Program-made: the position numbers and the translations under genes
Part shown: one piece after another, positions 41,328 through 51,712 of the stretch
How positions within the stretch are numbered: the stretch's first letter is position 1
Layout: every line of letters starts with the position of its first letter
Assembly: GCA_963809895.1 (NCBI GenBank)
Contig: CAWELD010000003.1
Location: forward strand, 1,248,001-1,312,000
DNA length: 64,000 nt
Direction: 5' to 3'
Source of the DNA: an uncultured Gemmatimonadales bacterium
GTDB taxonomy: Bacteria; Gemmatimonadota; Gemmatimonadetes; Longimicrobiales; Gaopeijiaceae
Notes under the pieces: generated by a model
Seen by the model: only the letters and a program-made list of their open reading frames with translations
The model's database searches: none
Told to the model about the DNA's origin: nothing

Positions 41328-43580
41328 TCACGCCTTCGGCTCGGCCTCCACTTCTTCCTCGTCCTCGGCCTCGGCCGCCTCTTCTTCCTCGGCCTCGGCT
41401 GTCTCTTCTTCCTCGGCCTCGGCCGTCTCTTCTTCCTCGGCTTCGGCCGTCTCTTCTTCCTCGGCTTCGGCCGTCTCTTCTTCCTCGGCTTCGGCCGTCT
41501 CTTCTTCCTCGGCTTCGGCCGTCTCTTCTTCCTCGGCTTCGGCCGTCTCTTCTTCCTCGGCTTCGGCCGTCTCGTCTTCCTCGGCTTCAGCCGTCTCTTC
41601 TTCCTCGGCTTCGGCCGTCTCTTCTTCCTCGGCTTCGGCCGTCTCTTCTTCCTCGGCTTCAGCCGTCTCTTCTTCCTCGGCCTCCGCCTCGGCGGTCTCG
41701 TCCGCCTCGGCTTCCTCGACCTCGCCGGCCTCCTCGTCGGCCGGGGCGGCCTCACGCTTGGGCAACCGCTCCGGCGCTTCCGTCACTTCCAGCACGATGC
41801 GACGGTTGGCGGCGTCCGACTCCAGGACCCGGAGCGGCACCGGCACGCCGGCGTCGTAGAACTCCTCGAGCCGGTTCGCGTCTTCGATCCCGGAATGGGA
41901 CGCCGGCACGAAGCCCTCGATGTCGTCGCCGAGGTCCACGACCACGCCCTTGTCCTGCACGCGGACCACCTTGCCGTCCACCTCGACACCGGGAGCGAAG
42001 CGCTCCGAGATGCCGGGCCATGGATCGTCCTGAAGCTGCTTGAGCCCCAGGCTGATCCGCTTGTTCTCGGCATCCACGTCCAGCACCATGACCTCCACTT
42101 CTTCGCCCTTCTGGACGATCTCGGAGGGGTGCTCCACACGCTTGGTCCACGACATGTCGGAGACGTGCACCAGGCCGTCGATGCCGGGCTCGATCTCCAC
42201 GAACGCGCCGAACGACGTCAGGTTGCGGACGGTGCCGGAGAGAACGGTGCCCGTGGGATACTTGAGCGGGAGGGCCAGCCAGGGGTCCTCCTCGATCTGC
42301 TTCATGCCCAGCGAGATCTTCTCGTCGTCCGGATCCACCTTCAGGACCACCGCTTCGATCTCATCGCCGATGGAGACGAGCTTCGACGGATGGCGGATGT
42401 TGCGGGTCCAGCTCATCTCGGAGATGTGGACCAGCCCTTCGACCCCCTTCTCCAGCTCGACGAAGGCGCCGTAGTTGGTGATGGACACGACCTTGCCCTT
42501 CACGCGCGAGCCCACCGGATACTTCTTGTCGATGTCCGTCCACGGATAGGGCAGGAGCTGCTTCAGCCCCAGGCTGATGCGCTCGCGGTCCCAATCGATG
42601 TCCAGAACCTTGATGTCCAGCTCCGCGCCGATATCCACCACTTCGGACGGGTGTCCGACGCGACCCCAGGACATGTCGGTGATGTGGAGCAGGCCGTCGA
42701 GCCCGCCCAGATCGATGAAGGCGCCGAAGTCCGTGATGTTCTTCACCACGCCTTCGCGCACCTGGCCGACAAGCAGTTCCTTGACCAGCGTCTTGCGCTT
42801 CTTCTCGCGGTCCGCCTCCAGGATCACCCGGCGCGATACCACGATGTTGCGACGCCGCTTGTTGAGCTTGATGATCTTGAAGTTGTAGGTCTCGCCGATC
42901 AGGTCCTCGATGTTCGGGACCCGGCGGAGTGCGATCTGGGAGCCCGGCAGGAAGGCGTCGACACCCATGATGTCGACGGTGACACCACCCTTGATCTTGC
43001 GAACCAGGGTCCCCTTGACGGGCCGGTCGGCCTCGTGGGCTTCCTTGATCTTCTCCCACACCCGCAGGAAGTCGGCCTTCTTCTTGGACAGGACGACGAT
43101 GCCGTCCTCGTCCTCGAGGTGCTCGAGGAGAACCTCGATCTCGTCGCCCTCGGAGGGCGCTTCCTTGAACTCGTCGAGGGCGACCGAGCCCTCGCTCTTG
43201 AAGCCGAACTCGAGAATGACCGCGGTGTCGGTGACCTTGAGCACCGTGGCGTTGACGATCTCGCCTTCGCGGATGTCCTGGAAGTCTTCGGAGTGCTCGC
43301 CGAGAAGCGCCTCGAACTCCTCGCGGGAGATGTCGAGCTGCTCCTCGCCGTAGGGGTCCATGTGGAGCTCGGGCGAGGTGCCCACCCGGGGCGGCTCCGC
43401 ATCGATGGCGACGGCCACGCCGCCGGGCTCTTCCTCTGCTTCCGCACCACCTTCCCTGACCTCACCGGTCATGGCGTCGATGATGACGCTCTCCTCCTCA
43501 GCCAACTCCTCGGCGGAGAAGCCTTCGTCGTTCTCGGTGGCGGGTTTGGGGTCCTGGTTCTGGTCCGTGGGGTCGCTCAT
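41328..43580 (-). CDS. rpsA: 30S ribosomal protein S1 with acidic N- and C-terminal extensions
   Basis: Repeated S1 domains (AFLPGSQI, KNITDFGAFIDLGG.DGLLHITDMSW, ITNYGAFVEL..GVEGLVHISEMSW); follows cmk. Confidence 0.97.
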   Translation of the reverse strand: MSDPTDQNQDPKPATENDEGFSAEELAEEESVIIDAMTGEVREGGAEAEEEPGGVAVAIDAEPPRVGTSPELHMDPYGEEQLDISREEFEALLGEHSEDFQDIREGEIVNATVLKVTDTAVILEFGFKSEGSVALDEFKEAPSEGDEIEVLLEHLEDEDGIVVLSKKKADFLRVWEKIKEAHEADRPVKGTLVRKIKGGVTVDIMGVDAFLPGSQIALRRVPNIEDLIGETYNFKIIKLNKRRRNIVVSRRVILEADREKKRKTLVKELLVGQVREGVVKNITDFGAFIDLGGLDGLLHITDMSWGRVGHPSEVVDIGAELDIKVLDIDWDRERISLGLKQLLPYPWTDIDKKYPVGSRVKGKVVSITNYGAFVELEKGVEGLVHISEMSWTRNIRHPSKLVSIGDEIEAVVLKVDPDDEKISLGMKQIEEDPWLALPLKYPTGTVLSGTVRNLTSFGAFVEIEPGIDGLVHVSDMSWTKRVEHPSEIVQKGEEVEVMVLDVDAENKRISLGLKQLQDDPWPGISERFAPGVEVDGKVVRVQDKGVVVDLGDDIEGFVPASHSGIEDANRLEEFYDAGVPVPLRVLESDAANRRIVLEVTEAPERLPKREAAPADEEAGEVEEAEADETAEAEAEEEETAEAEEEETAEAEEEETAEAEEEETAEAEEDETAEAEEEETAEAEEEETAEAEEEETAEAEEEETAEAEEEETAEAEEEETAEAEEEETAEAEEEEAAEAEDEEEVEAEPKA
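41376..41687 (-). repeat. 13 x 24-bp coding tandem repeat (AEAEEEET)n in the rpsA 3' end
   Basis: Plus-strand unit GTCTCTTCTTCCTCGGCTTCGGCC recurs every 24 nt (41401, 41425 ... 41665), with a variant unit at 41377. Confidence 0.97.
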
Positions 43581-43748
43581 GCTCTCTCTCGCCCCCCGAG
43601 AGGGGGCCGGTTCGGCCGGTCCGGATACGACGTCGACGATGGACCGGGTTGAAATGAAGAAATCCCCGGTGTGCCGGGGAACGAAAACCCCCGGCTGGTT
43701 TCCGCCGGGGGTACAGCAGGGGAAAGGTACCGGCGGCTCAAAGAGCCG

Positions 43749-44462
43749 TCAACCGCGGCGCAGGCGCGAAGCTTCGGCGCGCCGGACGATGGCGTCTACC
43801 TGCTCGTCGAAGGTCAGATCGGTGGTATCCAGGACCCAGGCGTCGTCGGCAGGGCGCAGCGGCGCATGGGTGCGCTCACGGTCCTTGCGGTCTCGCTCCC
43901 GCAACCGCTCGGCTTCGAGCTCGACCTCCTCGTCGGAGGGCCCCAACCGGCCCTGATCGGCGAGACGGCGCCGGGCGCGCTCGTGGAGGTCCGCGTCGAG
44001 GAAGACCTTGGTGGCCGCCTGCGGGAACACCACGGTGCCCATGTCCCGCCCGTCGGCCACGAGCCGCCCGTCGCGACCCGCCGACCTCTGGGTGCTCAGG
44101 AGCCACCCCCGCACCGCGGGAAGGCGCGCCAGCGTCGACACTCGTGCCGTCACCTCCGGCGTGCGCAGCTCGGGGCCCAGCTCGCGCTCCCCCAGGCGGA
44201 TTGTGATCGTGCGGGGGCCGGGCTCCAGGGTGACCCCCAGGGCGTCGAGCGCCGGGGCGTCGAGATCCGGCCAGCGCTCCTCGGGCACTCCGCTGTGCAG
44301 GAGGGCATAGGTGAGGGCCCGGTACAGGGCACCGGAGTCCAGGTACCGGTATCCGAGCCTCCGCGCCACCTCCCGGGCCGTGGTGGACTTCCCGGCTCCC
44401 GCCGGGCCGTCCAGGGTGACCAGGGTGGCTCCGGGACCCCCTTTCGCCTTGGTTTCAGCCAC
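43749..44462 (-). CDS. cmk: Cytidylate kinase
   Basis: LDGPAGAGKST, YLDSGALYRA, DGRDMGTVVFP, RDRKDRER..APL. Confidence 0.96.
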   Translation of the reverse strand: MAETKAKGGPGATLVTLDGPAGAGKSTTAREVARRLGYRYLDSGALYRALTYALLHSGVPEERWPDLDAPALDALGVTLEPGPRTITIRLGERELGPELRTPEVTARVSTLARLPAVRGWLLSTQRSAGRDGRLVADGRDMGTVVFPQAATKVFLDADLHERARRRLADQGRLGPSDEEVELEAERLRERDRKDRERTHAPLRPADDAWVLDTTDLTFDEQVDAIVRRAEASRLRRG

Positions 44463-45732
44463 GCAGTCCCTCCAGGGTCTCCCAGAAGCCAGGATAGCTC
44501 ACCTCCACGGTCTCTCGTCCCCGCACCCGGATGTCGTTTCCCGGCAGCGCGGCCAGGATCCCGAACACCATGGCGATGCGGTGGTCGTGAAAGGCGTCCA
44601 CCTCACCCGCGAGGCGCGCCTCGGTTCCCTCGACCTCGAGACCGTCCTCCAGCTCCTCGGCCGCCACACCCACGGCGCGCAGGTTGGTCACCAGAGCCCG
44701 GATGCGATCGGTCTCCTTGACCCGGAGCTCACGAGCCCCGCTGATGCGGGTGACGCCTTCGGCCCGGGCCGCCGCCACGGCCACCGCCGGGATCTCGTCG
44801 ATGGCCGCCACCACGTCGTCCCGCCCGACGTCGATGCCACGCAGCGACGATGCGCGCACGGTGACGCTCCCCACAGGCTCTCCTCTTCCGGACGGGCTAT
44901 CGGCCTCGACGCTCACCTGTCCTCCCATGCGCCGGAAGAGCTCCACCACCCCGGCCCGGGTGGGATTCAACCCGACACCGGTGACCGTGAGCTCCCCCCC
45001 GCCGAGGCCCAGCAACCCCGCGAGCATCAGGAAGGCGGCCGAAGACAGATCGCCGGGTACGCGGAAGTCCAGCGGCAGCAGGCGCTCCGGCGGGTCTCTG
45101 AGCTCCACGCGGCGACCGGGCCCGTGCACGTGGGAGAGGACGCCCACCCCGACCTCGCGGAGCATGCGCTCCGTGTGGTCCCGCGACGCTCCGGGCTCGG
45201 TGAGAAGCACGGGCACCCCGCCCACGACGCCCGCCAACAGGAGCGCACCCTTCACCTGGGCGCTGGCCACGGGCATCTCGTACTCCAGGCCGGCGAGCTC
45301 GCCGCCCCGGACCTCCAGGGGCAGGTGGCCCTCACGGTCCAGAAAGCGGAAGTCCGCGCCCATGTGGGTCAGGGGCCGGGTCACGCGCTCCATGGGACGG
45401 GCCCGGAGCGAGGCGTCCCCGTCTACCACCGCGCGCAACGGCTCCCCGGCCAGCACCCCCAGGAGCAGCCGGGTGCCCGTCCCGCTGTTGCCCAGGTCCA
45501 ACGGACCGGAGGGCTCGGACAACCCGCGCAGACCGCGGCCGCGGATCCGCACCTCGCCACCGTCGTCGGGCAGCCTCGTCACCCCGGCCCCCAGCGCCGC
45601 CATGGCGCGAGCCGTGGAATGGGGATCGGCTCCGTGCAGGAGCCCCCGGAGCCGGCTCTCCCCGTCGGCCAACGCGGCCAGGATGAGCGCCCGCTGTGTG
45701 ATGGACTTGTCGCCCGGTACGCGGAGGATCAT
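44455..45732 (-). CDS. aroA: 3-phosphoshikimate 1-carboxyvinyltransferase (class II EPSPS)
   Basis: VPGDKSIT, DLGNSGT, SAQVK, SRDHTERML, NPTR, RVKETDRI, DHRIAM. Confidence 0.96.
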   Translation of the reverse strand: MILRVPGDKSITQRALILAALADGESRLRGLLHGADPHSTARAMAALGAGVTRLPDDGGEVRIRGRGLRGLSEPSGPLDLGNSGTGTRLLLGVLAGEPLRAVVDGDASLRARPMERVTRPLTHMGADFRFLDREGHLPLEVRGGELAGLEYEMPVASAQVKGALLLAGVVGGVPVLLTEPGASRDHTERMLREVGVGVLSHVHGPGRRVELRDPPERLLPLDFRVPGDLSSAAFLMLAGLLGLGGGELTVTGVGLNPTRAGVVELFRRMGGQVSVEADSPSGRGEPVGSVTVRASSLRGIDVGRDDVVAAIDEIPAVAVAAARAEGVTRISGARELRVKETDRIRALVTNLRAVGVAAEELEDGLEVEGTEARLAGEVDAFHDHRIAMVFGILAALPGNDIRVRGRETVEVSYPGFWETLEGLRG

Positions 45733-46580
45733 GAGCTCCACCACCGGCGGGTCTCCGCCATGCGGCGCTCCAACTCGTCCAGGTCCTGCCCGCCCAGCAC
45801 GCCCGACCACCCCTCCAGCTCCCGGGCCAACAGCCGCAGGAGCGCGGCCACCTGATCGCCGGAGTGGGTCAGCAGATCCTTCCACATGGTGGGATCGCTC
45901 CCCGAGAGACGAAGCATGTCGAGCCCTCCCGGTCCCAGGTCGTCGGGTCCGAACCCGGCGTCGGCGAGGATGCGCGCCAGGGCGTTGGAAGCGAGTTGGG
46001 GCAGATGGCTGACCACCGCCATGCGGGCATCGTGCTCGAAGGGCCCCGTCCACGAGGTGTGCGCGCCCAGACGCTCCCAGAACGCGACCGCGCGGCGCCG
46101 GGCCTGATCCGTCACCGAGTCCTCGGCCGAGAGCCAGACGCGCGCATCGCGAAACAGATCGTCCCGGCTCGCGGCGAACCCGCTGGCCTCGGTACCCGCC
46201 ATGGGATGACAGGCGATGAATCGATCCGCGAGCCCCACGCGCTCCGCCGCCTCCAGCGCCGGAAGCTGCAGGCTCCCCACGTCCAGGACGAGGCCGTCGT
46301 CGGCGAAGGCTTCAGCGGCCTCGCGCAGAATGGCCTCCTGTGCGGACAGAGGCGTGGCCAGCACCAACCACCGCGCCCCGGCCACATCGTCGGCCAACGC
46401 GGGCTGCGGCCCCGTGACGACACCCGCCTCCACCGCCGCCTGCACGTCTTCCTCGCTCGCCGCCCTCCCGCGGATCTCCACGCCGGGATCGGCGGCCCGC
46501 AGGGCCCTCGCCAGCGAGCCGCCCAACGCCCCGAGGCCCACGATCAGCACCGGGCCCCCGAGGACCGCGGGCTCGGTCAC
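45729..46580 (-). CDS. tyrA: Prephenate/arogenate dehydrogenase
   Basis: IVGLGALGGSLA, DVGS, HPMAGTEASG, EHDARMAVVSHLPQ; GTG start. Confidence 0.88.
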   Translation of the reverse strand: MTEPAVLGGPVLIVGLGALGGSLARALRAADPGVEIRGRAASEEDVQAAVEAGVVTGPQPALADDVAGARWLVLATPLSAQEAILREAAEAFADDGLVLDVGSLQLPALEAAERVGLADRFIACHPMAGTEASGFAASRDDLFRDARVWLSAEDSVTDQARRRAVAFWERLGAHTSWTGPFEHDARMAVVSHLPQLASNALARILADAGFGPDDLGPGGLDMLRLSGSDPTMWKDLLTHSGDQVAALLRLLARELEGWSGVLGGQDLDELERRMAETRRWWSS

Positions 46581-46930
46581 GGAACGGCGACCCGTGGCGT
46601 GAACACCACCACCAGCGGCGTGCGACCCAGCAGCTCGTCGCGGGCGGCCTCGGCCAGGAACCGGGCTTCGGCCTCTCGATGCGCCTCCAGGCTCACGAAC
46701 GGCACCCCCAGCTCCAGCAGACCGCGAAAGCCCGCCGAGGCCTGACCCAGGAGGCGCGTGCCCACTGGGCCACCGAACACCGCCTCGGCCAGCGCCACGG
46801 CCCGCCACTGGGCGGCCCGCAGCTCCCAGCGCGCCAGCAGATCCGCCCGAAGCCCGGGGAGAACGAGCTCCATGAGGTCGCCGGTCTCGTCCGGAGGCAC
46901 CGGGCGAACGGGAAGCAGCTCGCCACTCAC
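46577..46930 (-). CDS. Hypothetical protein
   Basis: 117-aa ORF with 4-nt overlaps to both rnz and tyrA; no motif recognised. Confidence 0.6.
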   Translation of the reverse strand: MSGELLPVRPVPPDETGDLMELVLPGLRADLLARWELRAAQWRAVALAEAVFGGPVGTRLLGQASAGFRGLLELGVPFVSLEAHREAEARFLAEAARDELLGRTPLVVVFTPRVAVP

Positions 46931-47853
46931 GAAGACGTCTCCCCATCGCGGAACGGGACCTCGACCACCAGGCCGTCGTGGGCGACCACGGCACCCGGAA
47001 AGACGGTGCGCGCCTCCTCTTCCAGGACCTTGGGGTCGTCGGCATAGCGCGCCGACAGATGCGTGAGGACCAAGCGCCTCGCCCCCGCGCCCGCCGCGAC
47101 CCGGGCCGCCCCGAGGGCCGTGGTGTGGTTGGTCTCCCGGGCTCGATCGGCCTCCTCCTCGGTGAAGGTGGCGTCATGGATCAGGAGGTCCGCGTCCCGG
47201 GCGGCCTCCACCACCTCGGGCGAAGGTCGGGTGTCGCCGGTGTAGACCACGCGCCGCCCCGGTCGGGCCGGCCCCACCACCTCGGCGGGATCGACGGTGC
47301 GCCCATCCACCTCAACCGCCTCGCCACGGTGCAGGCGCCCGAACAGCGGGCCCTCCGGAACCCCCAGGGCTCGGGCACGCTCCACATCGAAGCGACCCAG
47401 TCGATCCGGCTCCTGCAACGCCCACCCCACGGACTGGATCCCGTGGGTGGTGGCGAAGGCCTCCATGGCATAGCCGTCCCGGGCCACGGCCTCGCCCGCG
47501 GCCACCTCGCGGATGTCCACCGGAAACGGAACCCGCTCCACGCCCAGGTGCACCGTGCCGCGAAGCGTCCCCGCCGAGCGCGGAGGCCCGAAGATGACGA
47601 GCGGCTCGGTACGCCCCTGGAGCGCCATGGTCCGCAGCAATCCCGTGATCCCCAGAAAATGGTCGGCGTGGATGTGGCTGACGAAGATGGCGCTCACGGC
47701 GAAGCCCGTGCCGAACCGCATCATCTGGCGCTGGGTGCCCTCTCCGCAGTCCAGCAGGATCGAGTCACCGTCCCGCTGAAGCGCTACGCCGCTCACGTTC
47801 CGCCCCACGGTGGGGCGGGCCGCGGCGGTGCCAAGAAAGGTCACTCGGATCAT
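46927..47853 (-). CDS. rnz: Ribonuclease Z
   Basis: [33 protein letters not shown]-rich exosite, [18 protein letters not shown]. Confidence 0.95.
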   Translation of the reverse strand: MIRVTFLGTAAARPTVGRNVSGVALQRDGDSILLDCGEGTQRQMMRFGTGFAVSAIFVSHIHADHFLGITGLLRTMALQGRTEPLVIFGPPRSAGTLRGTVHLGVERVPFPVDIREVAAGEAVARDGYAMEAFATTHGIQSVGWALQEPDRLGRFDVERARALGVPEGPLFGRLHRGEAVEVDGRTVDPAEVVGPARPGRRVVYTGDTRPSPEVVEAARDADLLIHDATFTEEEADRARETNHTTALGAARVAAGAGARRLVLTHLSARYADDPKVLEEEARTVFPGAVVAHDGLVVEVPFRDGETSS

Positions 47854-47884
47854 GAAGCCGGCACACCACTCTGAAGAAACGCGA

Positions 47885-47918
47885 CCAGGCCGGACCCCGC
47901 GGAAGGGGCCCGGCCTGG
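47885..47918 (-). terminator. Probable terminator after the TonB-dependent receptor gene
   Basis: CCAGGCCGG-CCCC / GGGG-CCGGCCTGG stem followed on the minus strand by TCGCGTTTCTT. Confidence 0.5.
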
Positions 47919-47941
47919 AAAGGTACGAATTCGATCCGGTC

Positions 47942-50023
47942 CTACCAGAGGCGAAGCTGGACCGAGAAGGTTCGACCGGGTTGAGGGAGCCCACACTGAT
48001 CGAACACCGCAGCGTCGCCGACGTTGTCCACGCGGGCCCGCACCTCCAGGTGCTGCAGGGCACCTCCCCGCCGCAGCGTGAAGCGCCGACGCAGGCCGAT
48101 ATCGACCCGGGGATCCGACGAGAACGAGTCCAGGCCGCCGAGCTCGGGGTTCTCGCAATACTGGCTTCCGACGTAGCTCGCGCCGGCGGTGGCCAGGAGG
48201 TCCAGGGGCAGCGGCGCGTCCAACCCCAGGCGGCCCGCGATGGCCGGCTCGTACTCGAGGCGGACCTCGCCGCCGTCGTCCTGGATGCCCCGCACCTTCT
48301 GCAGGGTGGCGTCGCCATGAAGCGCAACGGGCCCCAGCACGCCACTCGCCAGAACCTCGATCCCGGTGCTCCGCACCTGGTCCTGGTTGACGCGCTTGAA
48401 CTTGCGGCCCTCCTCGGTTTGCACGGAGCTGCGCACGATGCCGTCGCCCAGGCGCTGGTGGAAGCCCACCACCTGCAACTGGGCCGCGGATCCGGAGAGG
48501 GTGAAGCCGACCTCGCCGGCCGTGAGCACCTCGGGCTTCAGATCCGGGTTGGGCAGGAAGCGGCCCAACGCGCCGGAGTAGAGCTCCCGAAGCGCCGGGA
48601 ACCGTGTGCGGCGGCTCATGCTGGCGTGGAAGAGCAGGTGCCCGTTGGAGGCCAGCGAGGAGACTCCGGCCCGTGCACCCCAGTCCCAGAGTCTGTCCAG
48701 CGGCGGCTTGTCGCCGGTCTCGGGTGTGTCGGAGCCGTCGACTGCCGCTCCCACCGTGACGCGCGTCGTCGTCAGCCCCGGAATCCCCAGAAAGCCGTCG
48801 AAGCGGCGCTCCACCTCGGTGCCCAGGCTCCAGAGGCGCTGCCCATAGTCCGACGGCGTGGCGCCGTCGAGCGTCTCACGGTGAAACACGTCGCCGAAGG
48901 TCGCCGCCGTGCGCACGTCGGTCCGGTCGGTGACGCCCAGGTCGCCCGAGAGCCGGAAGGTCACGGTGCGATCGTCTCCGGCTTCGGTCTCCACGACCTG
49001 GTCGTAGGTCTCGCTCGAGAAGGCCTCGATCTCGGTGCGGCCCAGGTCCAGGCCCACGCTGGCCTCGAGATCGCCGTTCCCCAGCACGGTGTCCCGAAAG
49101 CCCGTGCCCCCGGACATGGCGACGATGAAGCGGCTCTGGTAGGGGTAGCGCCACAGGCGTGGATCGTCCACGTGGGCCTCGGGCGGCACGCCGCGCTCGA
49201 CCTGGAAGCCCGAGCCCGCCACCGAGAACCAGCGCCCGTCGCCGCTGCGGTAGCGGGCCGAGGCGAAGCCGTCGAAGCGACGGCTGTCCGAATTCAGACG
49301 CAGGGCGTCGGCACCCTCCAGGTACTGCATGCGCTGCCCGTCGGCGGCGCTCAAGCCACCGGGGAGCGGGACGCCGTCGCGCTGCTGGAAGCCGGCGCCG
49401 GCCCGGAGCTCCCACTGGCTCGCCCCGCTTCCGAAACGCTCCCCGCCGGTGGCTCCCAACGACGTGGCACCCGTGTGATCCAAACCCAGGTGTAGCGCCA
49501 GTGGCTCGGGCGGCGCGAAGGCCTGGGCGCCACGGGCCACATCCACCTCCACCGCGCCGCCCAGGACGTTGGGGCCGTGCAGGATCGTGGAGAGCCCCCG
49601 CACCAGGCGTACCCGCCGCGCCGCGGTGAGGGCGATCACCGAAAGGTCCGAGCGCGCGTCCCAGCCCAGCGTGAGGGGCACACCGTCGAAGAGCACGGCG
49701 ACCTGGCGGTCTTCCGCGCCTCTGAGCGCCGGCTGGGCTTCACCGCGGGAGTTGGTACGGATCAGAATCAGGGGCATCGCCCGCAGCACCTCGTCCAGCG
49801 TGGGAGCCGGGCTCGGCGACATGGAATCCAGCTCCATCACCACGGCGCTGGCCCCGCCCGACGTGGCCAGGGGGCGAGGCACGTCGACGGTCACGCCCCG
49901 GATCTGGTAGGTGGGGGTGTCGGGCAACGTGTCCCGACCCACGCTGTCGGGTGGCTCCTGGCCGGCGGCGGGCGCCGCGAAAACGAAGAACGGGGCGAGA
50001 ATGCGGATGGACGACAGACGCAT
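47942..50023 (-). CDS. TonB-dependent outer-membrane receptor
   Basis: Signal peptide from MRLSSIR, plug motifs ([27 protein letters not shown]), [20 protein letters not shown] terminus. Confidence 0.88.
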   Translation of the reverse strand: MRLSSIRILAPFFVFAAPAAGQEPPDSVGRDTLPDTPTYQIRGVTVDVPRPLATSGGASAVVMELDSMSPSPAPTLDEVLRAMPLILIRTNSRGEAQPALRGAEDRQVAVLFDGVPLTLGWDARSDLSVIALTAARRVRLVRGLSTILHGPNVLGGAVEVDVARGAQAFAPPEPLALHLGLDHTGATSLGATGGERFGSGASQWELRAGAGFQQRDGVPLPGGLSAADGQRMQYLEGADALRLNSDSRRFDGFASARYRSGDGRWFSVAGSGFQVERGVPPEAHVDDPRLWRYPYQSRFIVAMSGGTGFRDTVLGNGDLEASVGLDLGRTEIEAFSSETYDQVVETEAGDDRTVTFRLSGDLGVTDRTDVRTAATFGDVFHRETLDGATPSDYGQRLWSLGTEVERRFDGFLGIPGLTTTRVTVGAAVDGSDTPETGDKPPLDRLWDWGARAGVSSLASNGHLLFHASMSRRTRFPALRELYSGALGRFLPNPDLKPEVLTAGEVGFTLSGSAAQLQVVGFHQRLGDGIVRSSVQTEEGRKFKRVNQDQVRSTGIEVLASGVLGPVALHGDATLQKVRGIQDDGGEVRLEYEPAIAGRLGLDAPLPLDLLATAGASYVGSQYCENPELGGLDSFSSDPRVDIGLRRRFTLRRGGALQHLEVRARVDNVGDAAVFDQCGLPQPGRTFSVQLRLW

Positions 50024-50261
50024 GACGCTCCAGGGGTCTCGGGGAAATCCGCTCCGGGATCTGACAGAAGAGTCCCAAGAAGGGGACGCGTCAGGAGGCA
50101 CGACTGTTGAGCCTTCCGCCCGTCTCGCCGGCCCTGTCGCTGAATCGCCCGACTGTTGGACAGCCTCGTGCACGCCGACGTATTCTGATATTCGTCACGC
50201 CCGACACCGTCGGGTGCTTGGCCCACGCCATGGAATTCGACCTTCACCGAGGACCTCCCTC

Positions 50262-51684
50262 GTGATCCGTCTCGCTCTCGCTCTGGTCCCCGCCCTTCTC
50301 GCTCCGTCGGGCGCCACCGTGGCGCCGGCCACCCAGGACGAGGCCGTACACACGGAGCTCCTCGCCACCTACCCGGCTGCCGACAGCCTGCACCGCCGGG
50401 CCATCGACGAGGTCCGGCTGCGCTTCTCGGAGCCCGTCCAGCTGTCGCTCAGCACGGTGACGGTTCTGGGGCCCGACGGCGTGATTCGTGACGCCGACAG
50501 CCTGCGTTGGATTCCAGGGTCCGAGGAGCGCGAGCTCGGCCTGCCGCTTCGGGAGACGTTGGTGACGGGCGAGTACGCCGTCGAGTGGCGCACCGCCGGC
50601 GCCGATGGGCACGCCGTGCGGGGACGCTACACCTTCTCCGTGGAGTGGGTGCCGCAGGACACGACGGAGGCAACTCCCGCGGACTCCCTGGCAGGCCGGC
50701 CCCGATTCGGGAGCCATGGCCCGGCCCGACACCACCCCGCCGGACAGCCTGACCATGATCGGAGGAGCCGGCCCCGGCGAGGGCGTCACCCCGTCGGGGA
50801 GGTTCGGCGTGGGATCCCTGGCCCGCTCGCTCCTCTATCTGCTCATGGCCGGCGCGCTCGGCGGGGCCGTCTTCCGGTTCGCGGTGTTGCGGCGCGTGGC
50901 GCGTACACCCGAGTTCGGCAGCGCCGTGGAGGGTGCCGGACGTCGCCTGACGGCACTCGTCTGGCTGGTTGCGGCGGGGGGCGTGGTAGCCCTGCCCGTG
51001 CTCCTCGGCCTCCAGTCGATCCAGGTGTTCGGCGAGGGAGGGCTGGCCATCGGCTCGCTCTACCGGGTGGTCACCAGCCCCTGGGGCCAGGCCTGGGGAC
51101 TGGAAGGGCTCGGGGTGCTGACCCTGCTTCTGGGCCTGTCCCTGGCCCACCGGAGCATGAGAGGTGGGGGATGGACGCTGGTCGGGGTCGCGGGTCTCGC
51201 GGTAGTGCTGGGATCCGTGCTCGCGGGGCACGCCCGCGCTCAGGGCCCCACCACGGTGGTCATTCTCACCCTCCACGGGGCCGCGGCGGCGATCTGGGCC
51301 GGAGGCCTGGCCTCGCTGGTCCTGGCCACCCTTCCTCAGGCTCGCAAGTCTCCCGAGGCGCTGCCGCGCTTCGTGAACGCCTTCTCCCCACTGGCGCTCA
51401 CGGCCGTGGCGATCATGTTCGCCACCGGGTTGGCCGGCGCCTGGATCAATCTGGGTGGGATCGGGGCCCTCTTCACCACCGGCTACGGGCGCATGCTCCT
51501 CCTGAAGCTCGCCCTGGTCGCCGGGGCGGCCGCGCTGGGATACCACAACTGGCGCACCGTGCGCCCGGCGCTGGAGGCTCAGCCGCGGGCCGGCCTGCTG
51601 CGCATGCCCGCCAGCCTGGAGCTCCTCACGGCGGTGGCGATCTTCCTGGTGACGGGCGTGCTGGTGGCCATGCCCACGCCCTGA
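50262..51684 (+). pseudogene. CopC-CopD copper uptake/resistance fusion interrupted by an apparent frameshift near 50694 (possibly a sequencing error)
   Basis: CopC domain (HTELLATYPA..LRFSEPV..WRTAGADGH) is in the frame starting GTG 50262 and has no stop after the domain. CopD domain (LAGHA, LHG.AAAIWAGGL, TGYGRMLLLKLALV) is in the +1 frame and ends at 51684. Confidence 0.75.
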
Positions 51685-51712
51685 GGCCCGACCGCGCGTC
51701 CGCGAGGGCCGT

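Noticed and set aside
41213..41755. Arg/Lys-rich (RPKPRKKR)n N-terminal extension of ORF 39278-41755 and the antisense (GFGRLFFL)n ORF 41127-43652
   Set aside because: These are alternative-frame readings of the rpsA 24-bp repeat. The lipoprotein has a proper signal peptide starting at 41212.
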